Positions 14,301-28,200 of a stretch of DNA of 64,000 nt are shown in pieces. Source of the stretch: the human T2T-CHM13v2.0 reference genome, Homo sapiens. The notes beneath the pieces are model-generated. The model saw nothing but the letters and a program-made list of their open reading frames with translations. It made no database searches and had not been told where the DNA came from. The DNA lies in the NCBI RefSeq assembly GCF_009914755.1, contig NC_060939.1. One strand, written 5' to 3'. The first letter of the stretch is position 1. Each line of letters opens with the position of its first letter. A program made the position numbers and the translations under genes.

Positions 14301-15962
14301 ACTCCATTCGATTCCATTCCACTCGATTCCACTTCGTTCCATTTCATTGCATTCCATTCTATTCAACTCTATTGCCTTCCATTCCATTCCATTCGATTAC
14401 ATTCCATGCGATTCCATTCGAAATCGAATCAATTACATTGCAATCCATTACTATTGAGTCCGTTTTATTCCAGTCCACTGCATTCTGGTCCATTCCATTT
14501 GATTCCATTCCATTTTATTCCATTCCATACAGTTGCATTCCATTGGATTCCATGCTGTATCTATAAATTCAATTCGAGACCATTGCTTTTGAGTCCATTC
14601 TATATGTTTCCATTCCATTCAAGTCCATTACATTTGTTTCAATTCCATTCCATTCCATTCCCTTCCATTCCATTCCAGTTGATATCAATCCATTCGATTC
14701 CATTCCATTCCAGCACATTCCATTCGAGTCCATTCCATTCGATGCCATTCCATTTGATTCTATTCCATTAGTCTCCATTCAATTCCATTAATCTCCATTC
14801 CATTCCATTCTACTCCAACTGATTCCATTCCATTCTATTCCTTTCCATTCCATTTCATTCCATTCCATTCCATTTCATTCCATTCCATTCCATTCGCTTC
14901 CATTCCATTCGTGTCCATTCCACTCCAGTCCATTCCATTTGTGTCCACTGCATTCCATTCCACTCCATTCCATATTATTCCATTACACTCCATTCCATTC
15001 TATTACTTTCATTTCCATTCAATTCCATTCCATTTGATTCCATTCCACTCGGTTTCATTCCATTTGAGTCCACTCCATTCCATTCCATTCCATTCCATTC
15101 AGTTCCATTCTATTCTGTTCCATTCCATTCCGTTCCATTGCATTCCATTCCATTCGGTACCATTCCATATTGTTCCATTCGATTCCATTCGAATCCATTC
15201 CATTCCAGTCCATTCCATTCGATTCCATTCCATTCCTTTCCATTCCATTCCATTCCATTCCTTTCCATTCCACTTGATTCCACTCCATTCCCTTCCACTG
15301 CATTCCATTCGATTCCATTCCATTGCATTGCATTCCATTCCATTGGACTGCATTCCATTCGATTCCATTCCATTCGAATCAATTACATAGCAATCCATTA
15401 CATTCGAGTCTATTCTATTCCGTTCCATTCGATTTCATTCCAATCCATTCGATTCCATTCCATTCGATTCCATTCCATACTATTGCATTCCATTCGATTA
15501 CATTATATTCGAATAAGTTCCATTCAAGACCATTTCTTTTGAGTCCATTCTATTTGAGTCCATTCCCTTTGATTCCATAACATTTGAGTCCATTCAATTC
15601 CATTCCTTTCGTTTCCATTCCATTTGATGCCATTCCATTCAATTCTGTTCTACTCGACTCCAATACATTCAATTCCATTCCATCCGATTCCATTACATTC
15701 TTTTCATTTCTTATCCATTTCAAGCCATTCCACTCCATTCCATTCCACTCGTTTCCTTTCCATTCGAGTCCATTCCTCTCCAGTCCATTCCGTTCAATCC
15801 ATTCCATTCCAGTCCATTCCATTCGAGTCCGTTCCATTCCAGTCCATTCCATTCGAGTCAATTCCATCCCATTCGATGTCTTTCCATAACGATCCATTCC
15901 ATTCTATTCCTTTCGATTCCATTCCATTCTATTTCATTCCATTCGATTCCCTTCCATTGGAC
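8330..15962 (+). repeat. ~7.6-kb (>4 unit) block, near-identical to 56368-64000 (offset 48,038)
   Basis: The offset of 48038 is constant for 8438/56476, 10242/58280, 12031/60069, 13845/61883 and 15550/63588. Both copies share a 15-bp deletion, a 55-bp duplication and variants such as GAATGCATT and CCTTACTATT. Confidence 0.9.
13221..13330 (+). repeat. 55-bp tandem duplication inside a unit (second occurrence ~61259-61368)
   Basis: TGATTCCATTCCACTCGGTTTCATTCCATTTGAGTCCACTCC starts at both 13221 and 13276; other units have it once. Confidence 0.9.
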
Positions 15963-18151
15963 TCCTTTCCATTCGAGTGCATTCCATTCCTTTCCATTTC
16001 TTTCCGTTCTGTACGATTCCTACCGTTCGATTTCATTTTGTTCCAGTCCATTCCTTTCGCGTCCATTCCATTCCATTTCACTCCATTCGATTCCATTCCA
16101 CTCGATTCCACTTCGTTCCATTTCATTGCATTCCATTCTATTCAACTCTATTGCCTTCCATTCCATTCCATTCGATTACATTCCATGCGATTCCATTCGA
16201 AATCGAATCAATTACATTGCAATCCATTACTATTGAGTCCATTTTATTCCAGTCCACTGCATTCTGGTCCATTCCATTTGATTCCATTCCATTCTATTCC
16301 ATTCCATACAGTTGCATTCCATTGGATTCCATTCTATATCTATAAATTCAATTCGAGACCATTGCTTTTGAGTCCATTCTATATGATTCCATTCCATTCA
16401 AGTCCATTACATTTGGTTCAATTCCATTCCATTCCATTCCCTTCCATTCCATTCCAGTTGATATCAATCCATTCGATTCCATTCCATTCGAGCACATTCC
16501 ATTCGAGTCCATTCCATTCGATGCCATTCCATTTGATTCTATTCCACTAGTCTCCATTCAATTCCATTAATCTCCATTCCATTCCATTCTACTCCAACTG
16601 ATTCCATTCCATTCTATTCCTTTCCATTCCATTTCATTCCATTCCATTCCATTTCATTCCATTCCATTCCATTCGCTTCCATTCCATTCGTGTGCATTCC
16701 ACTCCAGTCCATTCCATTCATGTCCATTCCATTCCAGTCCATTCCATTTGTGTCCACTGCATTCCATTCCACTCCATTCCATATTATTCCATTACACTCC
16801 ATTCCATTCTATTACTTTCATTTCCATTCAATTCCATTCCATTTGATTCCATTCCACTCGGTTTCATTCCATTTGAGTCCACTCCATTCCATTCCATTCC
16901 ATTCCATTCAGTTCCATTCCATTCTGTTCCATTCCATTCCGTTCCATTGCATTCCATTCCATTCGGTACCATTCCATATTGTTCCATTCGATTCCATTCG
17001 AATCCATTCCATTCCAGTCCATTCCATTCGATTCCATTCCATTCCTTTCAATTCCATTCCATTCCATTCCATTCCACTTGATTCCACTCCATTCCCTTCC
17101 ACTGCATTCCATTCGATTCCATTCCATTGCATTGCATTCCATTCCATTGGACTGCATTCCATTCGATTCCATTCCATTCGAATCAATTACATAGCAATCC
17201 ATTACATTCGAGTCTATTCTATTCCGTTCCATTCGATTTCGTTCCAATCCATTCGATTCCATTCCATTCGATTCCATTCCATACTATTGCATTCCATTCG
17301 ATTACATTATATTCGAATAAGTTCCATTCAAGACCATTTCTTTTGAGTCCATTCTATTTGAGTCCATTCCCTTTGATTCCATATCATTTGAGTCCATTCA
17401 ATTCCATTCCTTTCGTTTGCATTCCATTTGATGCCATTCCATTCAATTCTGTTCTACTCGACTCCAATACATTCAATTCCATTCCATCCGATTCCATTAC
17501 ATTCTTTTCATTTCTTATCCATTTCAAGCCATTCCACTCCATTCCATTCCACTCGTTTCCTTTCCTTTCGAGTCCATTCCTCTCCTGTCCATTCCGTTCA
17601 ATCCATTCCATTCCAGTCCATTCCATTCGAGTCCGTTCCATTCCAGTCCATTCCATTCGAGTCAATTCCATTCCATTCGATGTCTTTCCATAATGATCCA
17701 TTCCATTCTATTCCTTTCGATTCCATTCCATTCTATTTCATTCCATTCGATTCCCTTCCATTGGACTCCTTTCCATTCGAGTGCATTCCATTCCGTTCCA
17801 TTTCTTTCCGTTCTGTACGATTCCTACCGTTCGATTTCATTTTGTTCCAGTCCATTGCTTTCGCGTCCATTCCATTCCATTTCACTCCATTCGATTCCAT
17901 TCCACTCGATTCCACTTCGTTCCATTTCATTGCATTCCATTCTATTCAACTCTATTGCCTTCCATTCCATTCCATTCGATTACATTCCATGCGATTCCAT
18001 TCGAAATCGAATCAATTACATTGCAATCCATTACTATTGAGTCCGTTTTTTTCCAGTCCACTGCATTCTGGTCCATTCCATTTGATTCCATTCCATTTTA
18101 TTCCATTCCATACAGTTGCATTCCATTGGATTCCATGCTATATCTATAAAT

Positions 18152-19521
18152 TCAATTCGAGACCATTGCTTTTGAGTCCATTCTATATGTTTCCATTCCA
18201 TTCAAGTCCATTACATTTGGTTCAATTCCATTCCATTCCATTCCCTTCCATTCCATTCCAGTTGATATCAATCCATTCGATTCCATTCCATTCCAGCACA
18301 TTCCATTCGAGTCCATTCCATTCGATGCCATTCCATTTGATTCTATTCCATTAGTCTCCATTCAATTCCATTAATCTCCATTCCATTCCATTCTACTCCA
18401 ACTGATTCCATTCCATTCTATTCCTTTCCATTCCATTTCATTCCATTCCATTCCATTTCATTCCATTCCATTCCATTCGCTTCCATTCCATTCGTGTCCT
18501 TTCCACTCCAGTCCATTCCATTTCTGTCCACTGCATTCCATTCCACTCCATTCCATATTATTCCATTACACTCCATTCCATTCTATTACTTTCATTTCCA
18601 TTCAATTCCATTCCATTTGATTCCATTCCACTCGGTTTCATTCCATTTGAGTCCACTCCATTCCATTCCATTCCATTCCATTCAGTTCCATTCCATTCTG
18701 TTCCATTCCATTCCGTTCCATTGCATTCCATTCCATTCGGTACCATTCCATATTGTTCCATTCGATTCCATTCGAATCCATTCCATTCCAGTCCATTCCA
18801 TTCGATTCCATTCCATTCCTTTCAATTCCATTCCATTCCATTCCATTCCACTTGATTCCACTCCATTCCCTTCCAGTGCATTCCATTCGATTCCATTCCA
18901 TTGCATTGCATTCCATTCCATTGGACTGCATTCCATTCGATTCCATTCCATTCGAATCAATTACATAGCAATCCATTACATTCGAGTCTATTCTATTCCG
19001 TTCCATTCGATTTCGTTCCAATCCATTCGATTCCATTCCATTCGATTCCTTTCCATTCCATTTCATTCCATTCCATTCTATTTCATTCCATTCGATTCCC
19101 TTCCATTGGACTCCTTTCCATTCGAGTGCATTCCATTCCGTTCCATTTCTTTCCGTTCTGTACGATTCCTACCGTTCGATTTCATTTTGTTCCAGTCCAT
19201 TCCTTTCGCGTCCATTCCATTCCATTTCACTCCATTCGATTCCATTCCATTTCACTCCATTCGATTCCATTCCACTCGATTCCACTTCGTTCCATTTCAT
19301 TGCATTCCATTCTATTCAACTCTATTGCCTTCCATTCCATTCCATTCGATTACATTCCATGCGATTCCATTCGAAATCGAATCAATTACATTGCAATCCA
19401 TAACTATTGAGTCCGTTTTATTCCAGTCCACTGCATTCTGGTCCATTCCATTTGATTCCATTCCATTCTATTCCATTCCATACAGTTGCATTCCATTGGA
19501 TTCCATGCTATATCTATAAAT
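18152..19521 (+). repeat. Truncated unit (1370 bp): net 429-bp deletion at ~19045-19080 plus 25-bp tandem duplication at ~19221-19270
   Basis: Landmark spacing is 1370. The segment from TACTATTGCA to ATAACGATCC is missing. TTCACTCCATTCGATTCCAT occurs at 19226 and 19251. The arithmetic fits: 1774-429+25=1370. Confidence 0.9.
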
Positions 19522-22500
19522 TCAATTCGAGACCATTGCTTTTGAGTCCATTCTATATGATTCCATTCCATTCAAGTCCATTACATTTGGTTCAATTCCA
19601 TTCCATTCCATTCCCTTCCATTCCATTCCAGTTGATATCAATCCATTCGATTCCATTCCATTCGAGCACATTCCATTCGAGTCCATTCCATTCGATGCCA
19701 TTCCATTTGATTCTATTCCATTAGTCTCCATTCAATTCCATTAATCTCCATTCCATTCCATTCTACTCCAACTGATTCCATTCCATTCTATTCCTTTCCA
19801 TTCCATTTCATTCCATTCCATTCCATTTCATTCCATTCCATTCCATTCGTGTCCATTCCACTCCAGTCCATTCCATTCGTGTCCATTCCATTCCAGTCCA
19901 TTCCATTTGTGTCCACTGCATTCCATTCCACTCCATTCCATATTATTCCATTACACTCCATTCCATTCTATTACTTTCATTTCCATTCAATTCCATTCCA
20001 TTTGATTCCATTCCACTCGGTTTCATTCCATTTGAGTCCACTCCATTCCATTCCATTCCATTCCATTCAGTTCCATTCCATTCTGTTCCATTCCATTCCG
20101 TTCCATTACATTCCATTCCATTCGGTACCATTCCATATTGTTCCATTCGATTCCATTCGAATCCATTCCATTCCAGTCCATTCCATTCGATTCCATTCCA
20201 TTCATTTCAATTCCATTCCATTCCATTCCATTCCATTCCACTTGATTCCTCTCCATTCCCTTCCACTGCATTCCGTTCGATTCCATTCCATTGCATTGCA
20301 TTCCATTCCATTGGATTGCATTCCATTCGATTCCATTCCATTCGAATCAATTACATAGCAATCCATTGCATTCGAGTCTATTCTATTCCGTTCCATTCGA
20401 TTTCGTTCCAATCCATTCGATTCCATTCCATTCGATTCCATTCCATACTATTGCATTCCATTCGATTACATTATATTCGAATAAGTTCCATTCAAGACCA
20501 TTTCTTTTGAGTCCATTCTATTTGAGTCCATTCCCTTTGATTCCATAACATTTGAGTCCATTCAATTCCATTCCTTTCGTTTCCATTCCATTTGATGCCA
20601 TTCCATTCAATTCTGTTCTACTCGACTCCAATACATTCAATTCCATTCCATCCGATTCCATTACATTCTTTTCATTTCTTATCCATTTCAAGCCATTCCA
20701 CTCCATTCCATTCCACTCGTTTCCTTTCCATTCGAGTCCATTCCTCTCCAGTCCATTCCGTTCAATCCATTCCATTCCAGTCCATTCCATTCGAGTCCGT
20801 TCCATTCCAGTCCATTCCATTCGAGTCAATTCCATTCCATTCGATGTCTTTCCATAACGATCCATTCCATTCTATTCCTTTCGATTCCATTCCATTCTAT
20901 TTCATTCCATTCGATTCCCTTCCATTGGACTCCTTTCCATTCGAGTGCATTCCATTCCTTTCCATTTCTTTCCGTTCTGTACGATTCCTACCGTTCGATT
21001 TCATTTTGTTCCAGTCCATTCCTTTCGCGTCCATTCCATTCCATTTCACTCCATTCGATTCCATTCCACTCGATTCCACTTCGTTCCATTTCATTGCATT
21101 CCATTCTATTCAACTCTATTGCCTTCCATTCCATTCCATTCGATTACATTCCATGCGATTCCATTCGAAATCGAATCAATTACATTGCAATCCATTACTA
21201 TTGAGTCCGTTTTATTCCAGTCCACTGCATTCTGGTCCATTCCATTTGATTCCATTCCATTCTATTCCATTCCATACAGTTGCATTCCATTGGATTCCAT
21301 GCTATATCTATAAATTCAATTCGAGACCATTGCTTTTGAGTCCATTCTATATGATTCCATTCCATTCAAGTCCATTACATTTGGTTCAATTCCATTCCAT
21401 TCCATTCCCTTCCATTCCATTCCAGTTGATATCAATCCATTCGATTCCATTCCATTCGAGCACATTCCATTCGAGTCCATTCCATTCGATGCCATTCCAT
21501 TTGATTCTATTCCATTAGTCTCCATTCAATTCCATTAATCTCCATTCCATTCCATTCTACTCCAACTGATTCCATTTCATTATATTCCTTTCCATTCCAT
21601 TTCATTCCATTCCATTCCATTTCATTCCATTCCATTCCATTCCATTCGTGTCCATTCCACTCCAGTCCATTCCATTCGTGTCCATTCCATTCCAGTCCAT
21701 TCCATTTGTGTCCCCTGCATTCCATTAAACTCCATTCCATATTATTCCATTACACTCCATTCCATTCTATTACTTTCATTTCCATTCAATTCCATTCCAT
21801 TTGATTCCATTCCACTCGGTTTCATTCCATTTGAGTCCACTCCATTCCATTCCATTCCATTCCATTCCATTCAGTTCCATTCCATTCTATTCCATTCCAT
21901 TCCGTTCCATTACATTCCATTCCATTCGGTACCATTCCATATTGTTCAATTCGATTCCATTCGAATCCATTCCATTCCAGTCCATTCCATTCGATTCCAT
22001 TCCATTCATTTGAATTCCATTCCATTCCATTCCATTACATTCCACTTGATTCCTCTCCATTCCCTTCCACTGCATTCCGTTCGATTCCATTCCATTGCAT
22101 TGCATTCCATTCAATTGGATTGCATTCCATTCGATTCCATTCCATTCGAATCAATTACATAGCAATCCATTACATTCGAGTCTATTCTATTCCGTTCCAT
22201 TCGATTTCGTTCCAATCCATTCGATTCCATTCCATTCGATTCCATTCCATACTATTGCATTCCATTCTATTACATTATATTCGAATAAGTTCCATTCAAG
22301 ACCATTTCTTTTGAGTCCATTCTATTTGAGTCCATTCCCTTTGATTCCATAACATTTGAGTCCATTCAATTCCATTCCTTTCTTTTCCATTCCATTTGAT
22401 GCCATTCCATTCAATTCTGTTCTACTCGACTCCAATACATTCAATTCCATTCCATCCGATTCCATTACATTCTTTTCATTTCTTATCCATTTCAAGCCAT

Positions 22501-24599
22501 TCCACTCCATTCCATTCCACTCGTTTCCTTTCCATTCGAGTCCATTCCTCTCCAGTCCATTCCGTTCAATCCATTCCATTCCAGTCCATTCCATTCGAGT
22601 CCGTTCCATTCCAGTCCATTCCATTCGAGTCAATTCCATTCCATTCGATGTCTTTCCATAACGATCCATTCCATTCTATTCCTTTCGATTCCATTCCATT
22701 CTATTTCATTCCATTCGATTCCCTTCCATTGGACTCCTTTCCATTCGAGTGCATTCCATTCCGTTCCATTTCTTTCCGTTCTGTACGATTCCTACCGTTC
22801 GATTTCATTTTGTTCCAGTCCATTCCTTTCGCGTCCATTCCATTCCATTTCACTCCATTCGATTCCATTCCACTCGATTCCACTTCGTTCCATTTCATTG
22901 CATTCCATTCTATTCAACTCTATTGCCTTCCATTCTATTCCATTCGATTACATTCCATGCGATTCCATTCGAAATCGAATCAATTACATTGCAATCCATT
23001 ACTATTGAGTCCGTTTTATTCCAGTCCACTGCATTCTGGTCCATTCCATTTGATTCCATTCCATTCTATTCCATTCCATACAGTTGCATTCCATTGGATT
23101 CCATGCTATATCTATAAATTCAATTCGAGACCATTGCTTTTGAGTCCATTCTATATGATTCCATTCCATTCAAGTCCATTACATTTGGTTCAATTCCATT
23201 CCATTCCATTCCCTTCCATTCCATTCCATTTGATATCAATCCATTCGATTCCATTCCATTCGAGCACATTCCATTCGAGTCCATTCCATTCGATGCCATT
23301 CCATTTGATTCTATTCCATTAGTCTCCATTCAATTCCATTAATCTCCATTCCATTCCATTCTACTCCAACTGATTCCATTCCATTCTATTCCTTTCCATT
23401 CCATTTCATTCCATTCCATTCCATTTCATTCCATTCCATTCCATTCGCTTCCATTCCATTCGTGTCCATTCCACTCCAGTCCATTCCATTCGTGTCCATT
23501 CCATTCCAGTCCATTCCATTTGTGTCCACTGCATTCCATTCCACTCCATTCCATATTATTCCATTACACTCCATTCCATTCTAATACTTTCATTTCCATT
23601 CAATTCCATTCCATTTGATTCCATTCCACTCGGTTTCATTCCATTTGAGTCCACTCCATTCCATTCCATTCCATTCCATTCAGTTCCATTCCATTCTGTT
23701 CCGTTCCATTCCATTCTGTTCCATTCCATTCCGTTCCATTGCATTCCATTCCATTCGGTACCATTCCATATTGTTCCATTCGATTCCATTCGAATCCATT
23801 CCATTCCACTCCATTCCATTCGATTCCATTCCATTCCTTTCAATTCCATTCCATTCCATTCCATTCCACTTGATTCCACTCCATTCCCTTCCACTGCATT
23901 CCATTCGATTCCATTCCATTGCATTGCATTCCATTCCATGGGACTGCATTCCATTCGATTCCATTCCATTCGAATCAATTACATAGCAATCCATTACATT
24001 CGAGTCTATTCTATTCCGTTCCATTCGATTTCGTTCCAATCCATTCGATTCCATTCCATTCGATTCCATTCCATACTATTGCATTCCATTCTATTACATT
24101 ATATTCGAATAAGTTCCATTCAAGACCATTTCTTTTGAGTCCATTCTATTTGAGTCCATTCCCTTTGATTCCATAACATTTGAGTCCATTCAATTCCATT
24201 CCTTTCGTTTGCATTCCATTTGATGCCATTCCATTCAATTCTGTTCTACTCGACTCCAATACATTCAATTCCATTCCATCCGATTCCATTACATTCTTTT
24301 CATTTCTTATCCATTTCAAGCCATTCCACTCCATTCCATTCCACTCGTTTCCTTTCCATTCGAGTCCATTCCTCTCCAGTCCATTCCGTTCAATCCATTC
24401 CATTCCAGTCCATTCCATTCGAGTCCGTTCCATTCCAGTCCATTCCATTCGAGTCAATTCCATTCCATTCGATGTCTTTCCATAACGATCCATTCCATTC
24501 TATTCCTTTCGATTCCATTCCATTCTATTTCATTCCATTCGATTCCCTTCCATTGGACTCCTTTCCATTCGAGTGCATTCCATTCCGTTCCATTTCTTT

Positions 24600-27500
24600 C
24601 CGTTCTGTACGATTCCTACCGTTCGATTTCATTTTGTTCCAGTCCATTCCTTTCGCGTCCATTCCATTCCATTTCACTCCATTCGATTCCATTCCACTCG
24701 ATTCCACTTCGTTCCATTTCATTGCATTCCATTCTATTCAACTCTATTGCCTTCCATTCCATTCCATTCGATTACATTCCATGCGATTCCATTCGAAATC
24801 GAATCAATTACATTACAATCCATTACTATTGAGTCCGTTTTATTCCAGTCCACTGCATTCTGGTCCATTCCATTTGATTCCATTCCATTTTATTCCATTC
24901 CATACAGTTGCATTCCATTGGATTCCATGCTATATCTATAAATTCAATTCGAGACCATTGCTTTTGATTCCATTCTATATGTTTCCATTCCATTCAAGTC
25001 CATTACATTTGGTTCAATTCCATTCCATTCCATTCCCTTCCATTCCATTCCAGTTGATATCAATCCATTCGATTCCATTCCATTCGAGCACATTCCATTC
25101 GAGTCCATTCCATTCGATGCCATTCCATTTGATTCTATTCCATTAGTCTCCATTCAATTCCATTAATCTCCATTCCATTCCATTCTACTCCAACTGATTC
25201 CATTCCATTCTATTCCTTTCCATTCCATTTCATTCCATTCCATTCCATTCGCTTCCATTCCATTCGTGTCCATTCCACTCCAGTCGATTCCATTTGTGTC
25301 CACTGCATTCCATTCCACTCCATTCCATATTATTCCATTACACTCCATTCCATTCTATTACTTTCATTTCCATTCAATTCCATTCCATTTGATTCCATTC
25401 CACTCGGTTTCATTCCATTTGAGTCCACTCCATTCCATTCCATTCCATTCCATTCCATTCAGTTCCATTCCATTCTGTTCCATTCCATTCCGTTCCATTG
25501 CATTCCATTCCATTCGGTACCATTCCATATTGTTCCATTCGATTCCATTCGAATCCATTCCATTCCAGTCCATTCCATTCGATTCCATTCCATTCCTTTC
25601 AATTCCATTCCATTCCATTCCATTCCACTTGATTCCACTCCATTCCCTTCCACTGCATTCCATTCGATTCCATTCCATTGCATTGCATTCCATTCCATTG
25701 GACTGCATTCCATTCGATTCCATTCCATTCGAATCAATTACATAGCAATCCATTACATTCGAGTCTATTCTATTCCGTTCCATTCGATTTCGTTCCAATC
25801 CATTCGATTCCATTCCATTCGATTCCATTCCATACTATTGCATTCCATTCGATTACATTATATTCGAATAAGTTCCATTCAAGACCATTTCTTTTGAGTC
25901 CATTCTATTTGAGTCCATTCCCTTTGATTCCATAACATTTGAGTCCATTCAATTCCATTCCTTTCGTTTCCATTCCATTTGATGCCATTCCATTCAATTC
26001 TGTTCTACTCGACTCCAATACATTCAATTCCATTCCATCCGATTCCATTACATTCTTTTCATTTCTTATCCATTTCAAGCCATTCCACTCCATTCCATTC
26101 CACTCGTTTCCTTTCCATTCGAGTCCATTCCTCTCCAGTCCATTCCGTTCAATCCATTCCATTCCAGTCCATTCCATTCGAGTCCGTTCCATTCCAGTCC
26201 ATTCCATTCGAGTCAATTCCATCCCATTCGATGTCTTTCCATAACGATCCATTCCATTCTATTCCTTTCGATTCCATTCCATTCTATTTCATTCCATTCG
26301 ATTCCCTTCCATTGGACTCCTTTCCATTAGAGTGCATTCCATTCCGTTCCATTTCTTTCCGTTCTGTACGATTCCTACCGTTCGATTTCATTTTGTTCCA
26401 GTCCATTCCTTTCGCGTCCATTCCATTCCATTTCACTCCATTCGATTCCATTCCACTCGATTCCACTTCGTTCCATTTCATTGCATTCCATTCTATTCAA
26501 CTCTATTGTCTTCCATTCCATTCCATTCGATTACATTCCATGCGATTCCATTCGAAATCGAATCAATTACATTACAATCCATTACTATTGAGTCCGTTTT
26601 ATTCCAGTCCACTGCATTCTGGTCCATTCCATTTGATTCCATTCCATTTTATTCCATTCCATACAGTTGCATTCCATTGGATTCCATGCTATATCTATAA
26701 ATTCAATTCGAGACCATTGCTTTTGATTCCATTCTATATGTTTCCATTCCATTCAAGTCCATTACATTTGGTTCAATTCCATTCCATTCCATTCCCTTCC
26801 ATTCCATTCCAGTTGATATCAATCCATTCGATTCCATTCCATTCGAGCACATTCCATTCGAGTCCATTCCATTCGATGCCATTCCATTTGATTCTATTCC
26901 ATTAGTCTCCATTCAATTCCATTAATCTCCATTCCATTCCATTCTACTCCAACTGATTCCATTCCATTCTATTCCTTTCCATTCCATTTCATTCCATTCC
27001 ATTCCATTCCCTTCCATTCCATTCGTGTCCATTCCACTCCAGTCGATTCCATTTGTGTCCACTGCATTCCATTCCACTCCATTCCATATTATTCCATTAC
27101 ACTCCATTCCATTCTATTACTTTCATTTCCATTCAATTCCATTCCATTTGATTCCATTCCACTCGGTTTCATTCCATTTGAGTCCACTCCATTCCATTCC
27201 ATTCCATTCCATTCCATTCAGTTCCATTCCATTCTGTTCCATTCCATTCCGTTCCATTGCATTCCATTCCATTCGGTACCATTCCATATTGTTCCATTCG
27301 ATTCCATTCGAATCCATTCCATTCCAGTCCATTCCATTCGATTCCATTCCATTCCTTTCAATTCCATTCCATTCCATTCCATTCCACTTGATTCCACTCC
27401 ATTCCCTTCCACTGCATTCCATTCGATTCCATTCCATTGCATTGCATTCCATTCCATTGGACTGCATTCCATTCGATTCCATTCCATTCGAATCAATTAC

Positions 27501-28200
27501 ATAGCAATCCATTACATTCGAGTCTATTCTATTCCGTTCCATTCGATTTCGTTCCAATCCATTCGATTCCATTCCATTCGATTCCATTCCATACTATTGC
27601 ATTCCATTCGATTACATTATATTCGAATAAGTTCCATTCAAGACCATTTCTTTTGAGTCCATTCTATTTGAGTCCATTCCCTTTGATTCCATAACATTTG
27701 AGTCCATTCAATTCCATTCCTTTCGTTTCCATTCCATTTGATGCCATTCCATTCAATTCTGTTCTACTCGACTCCAATACATTCAATTCCATTCCATCCG
27801 ATTCCATTACATTCTTTTCATTTCTTATCCATTTCAAGCCATTCCACTCCATTCCATTCCACTCGTTTCCTTTCCATTCGAGTCCATTCCTCTCCAGTCC
27901 ATTCCGTTCAATCCATTCCATTCCAGTCCATTCCATTCGAGTCCGTTCCATTCCAGTCCATTCCATTCGAGTCAATTCCATCCCATTCGATGTCTTTCCA
28001 TAACGATCCATTCCATTCTATTCCTTTCGATTCCATTCCATTCTATTTCATTCCATTCGATTCCCTTCCATTGGACTCCTTTCCATTAGAGTGCATTCCA
28101 TTCCGTTCCATTTCTTTCCGTTCTGTACGATTCCTACCGTTCGATTTCATTTTGTTCCAGTCCATTCCTTTCGCGTCCATTCCATTCCATTTCACTCCAT
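24600..28200 (+). repeat. Tandem duplication of a single 1759-bp unit
   Basis: Rare variants repeat at +1759: CATTACAATC (~24811/26570), CTTTTGATTCC (~24961/26720), CAGTCGATTC (~25281/27040), CCATTAGAGTG (~26324/28083). Confidence 0.8.

Noticed and set aside
18494-19519. Longest ORF (341 aa)
   Set aside because: It is created incidentally by the 429-bp deletion removing stop codons and has the same low-complexity composition.
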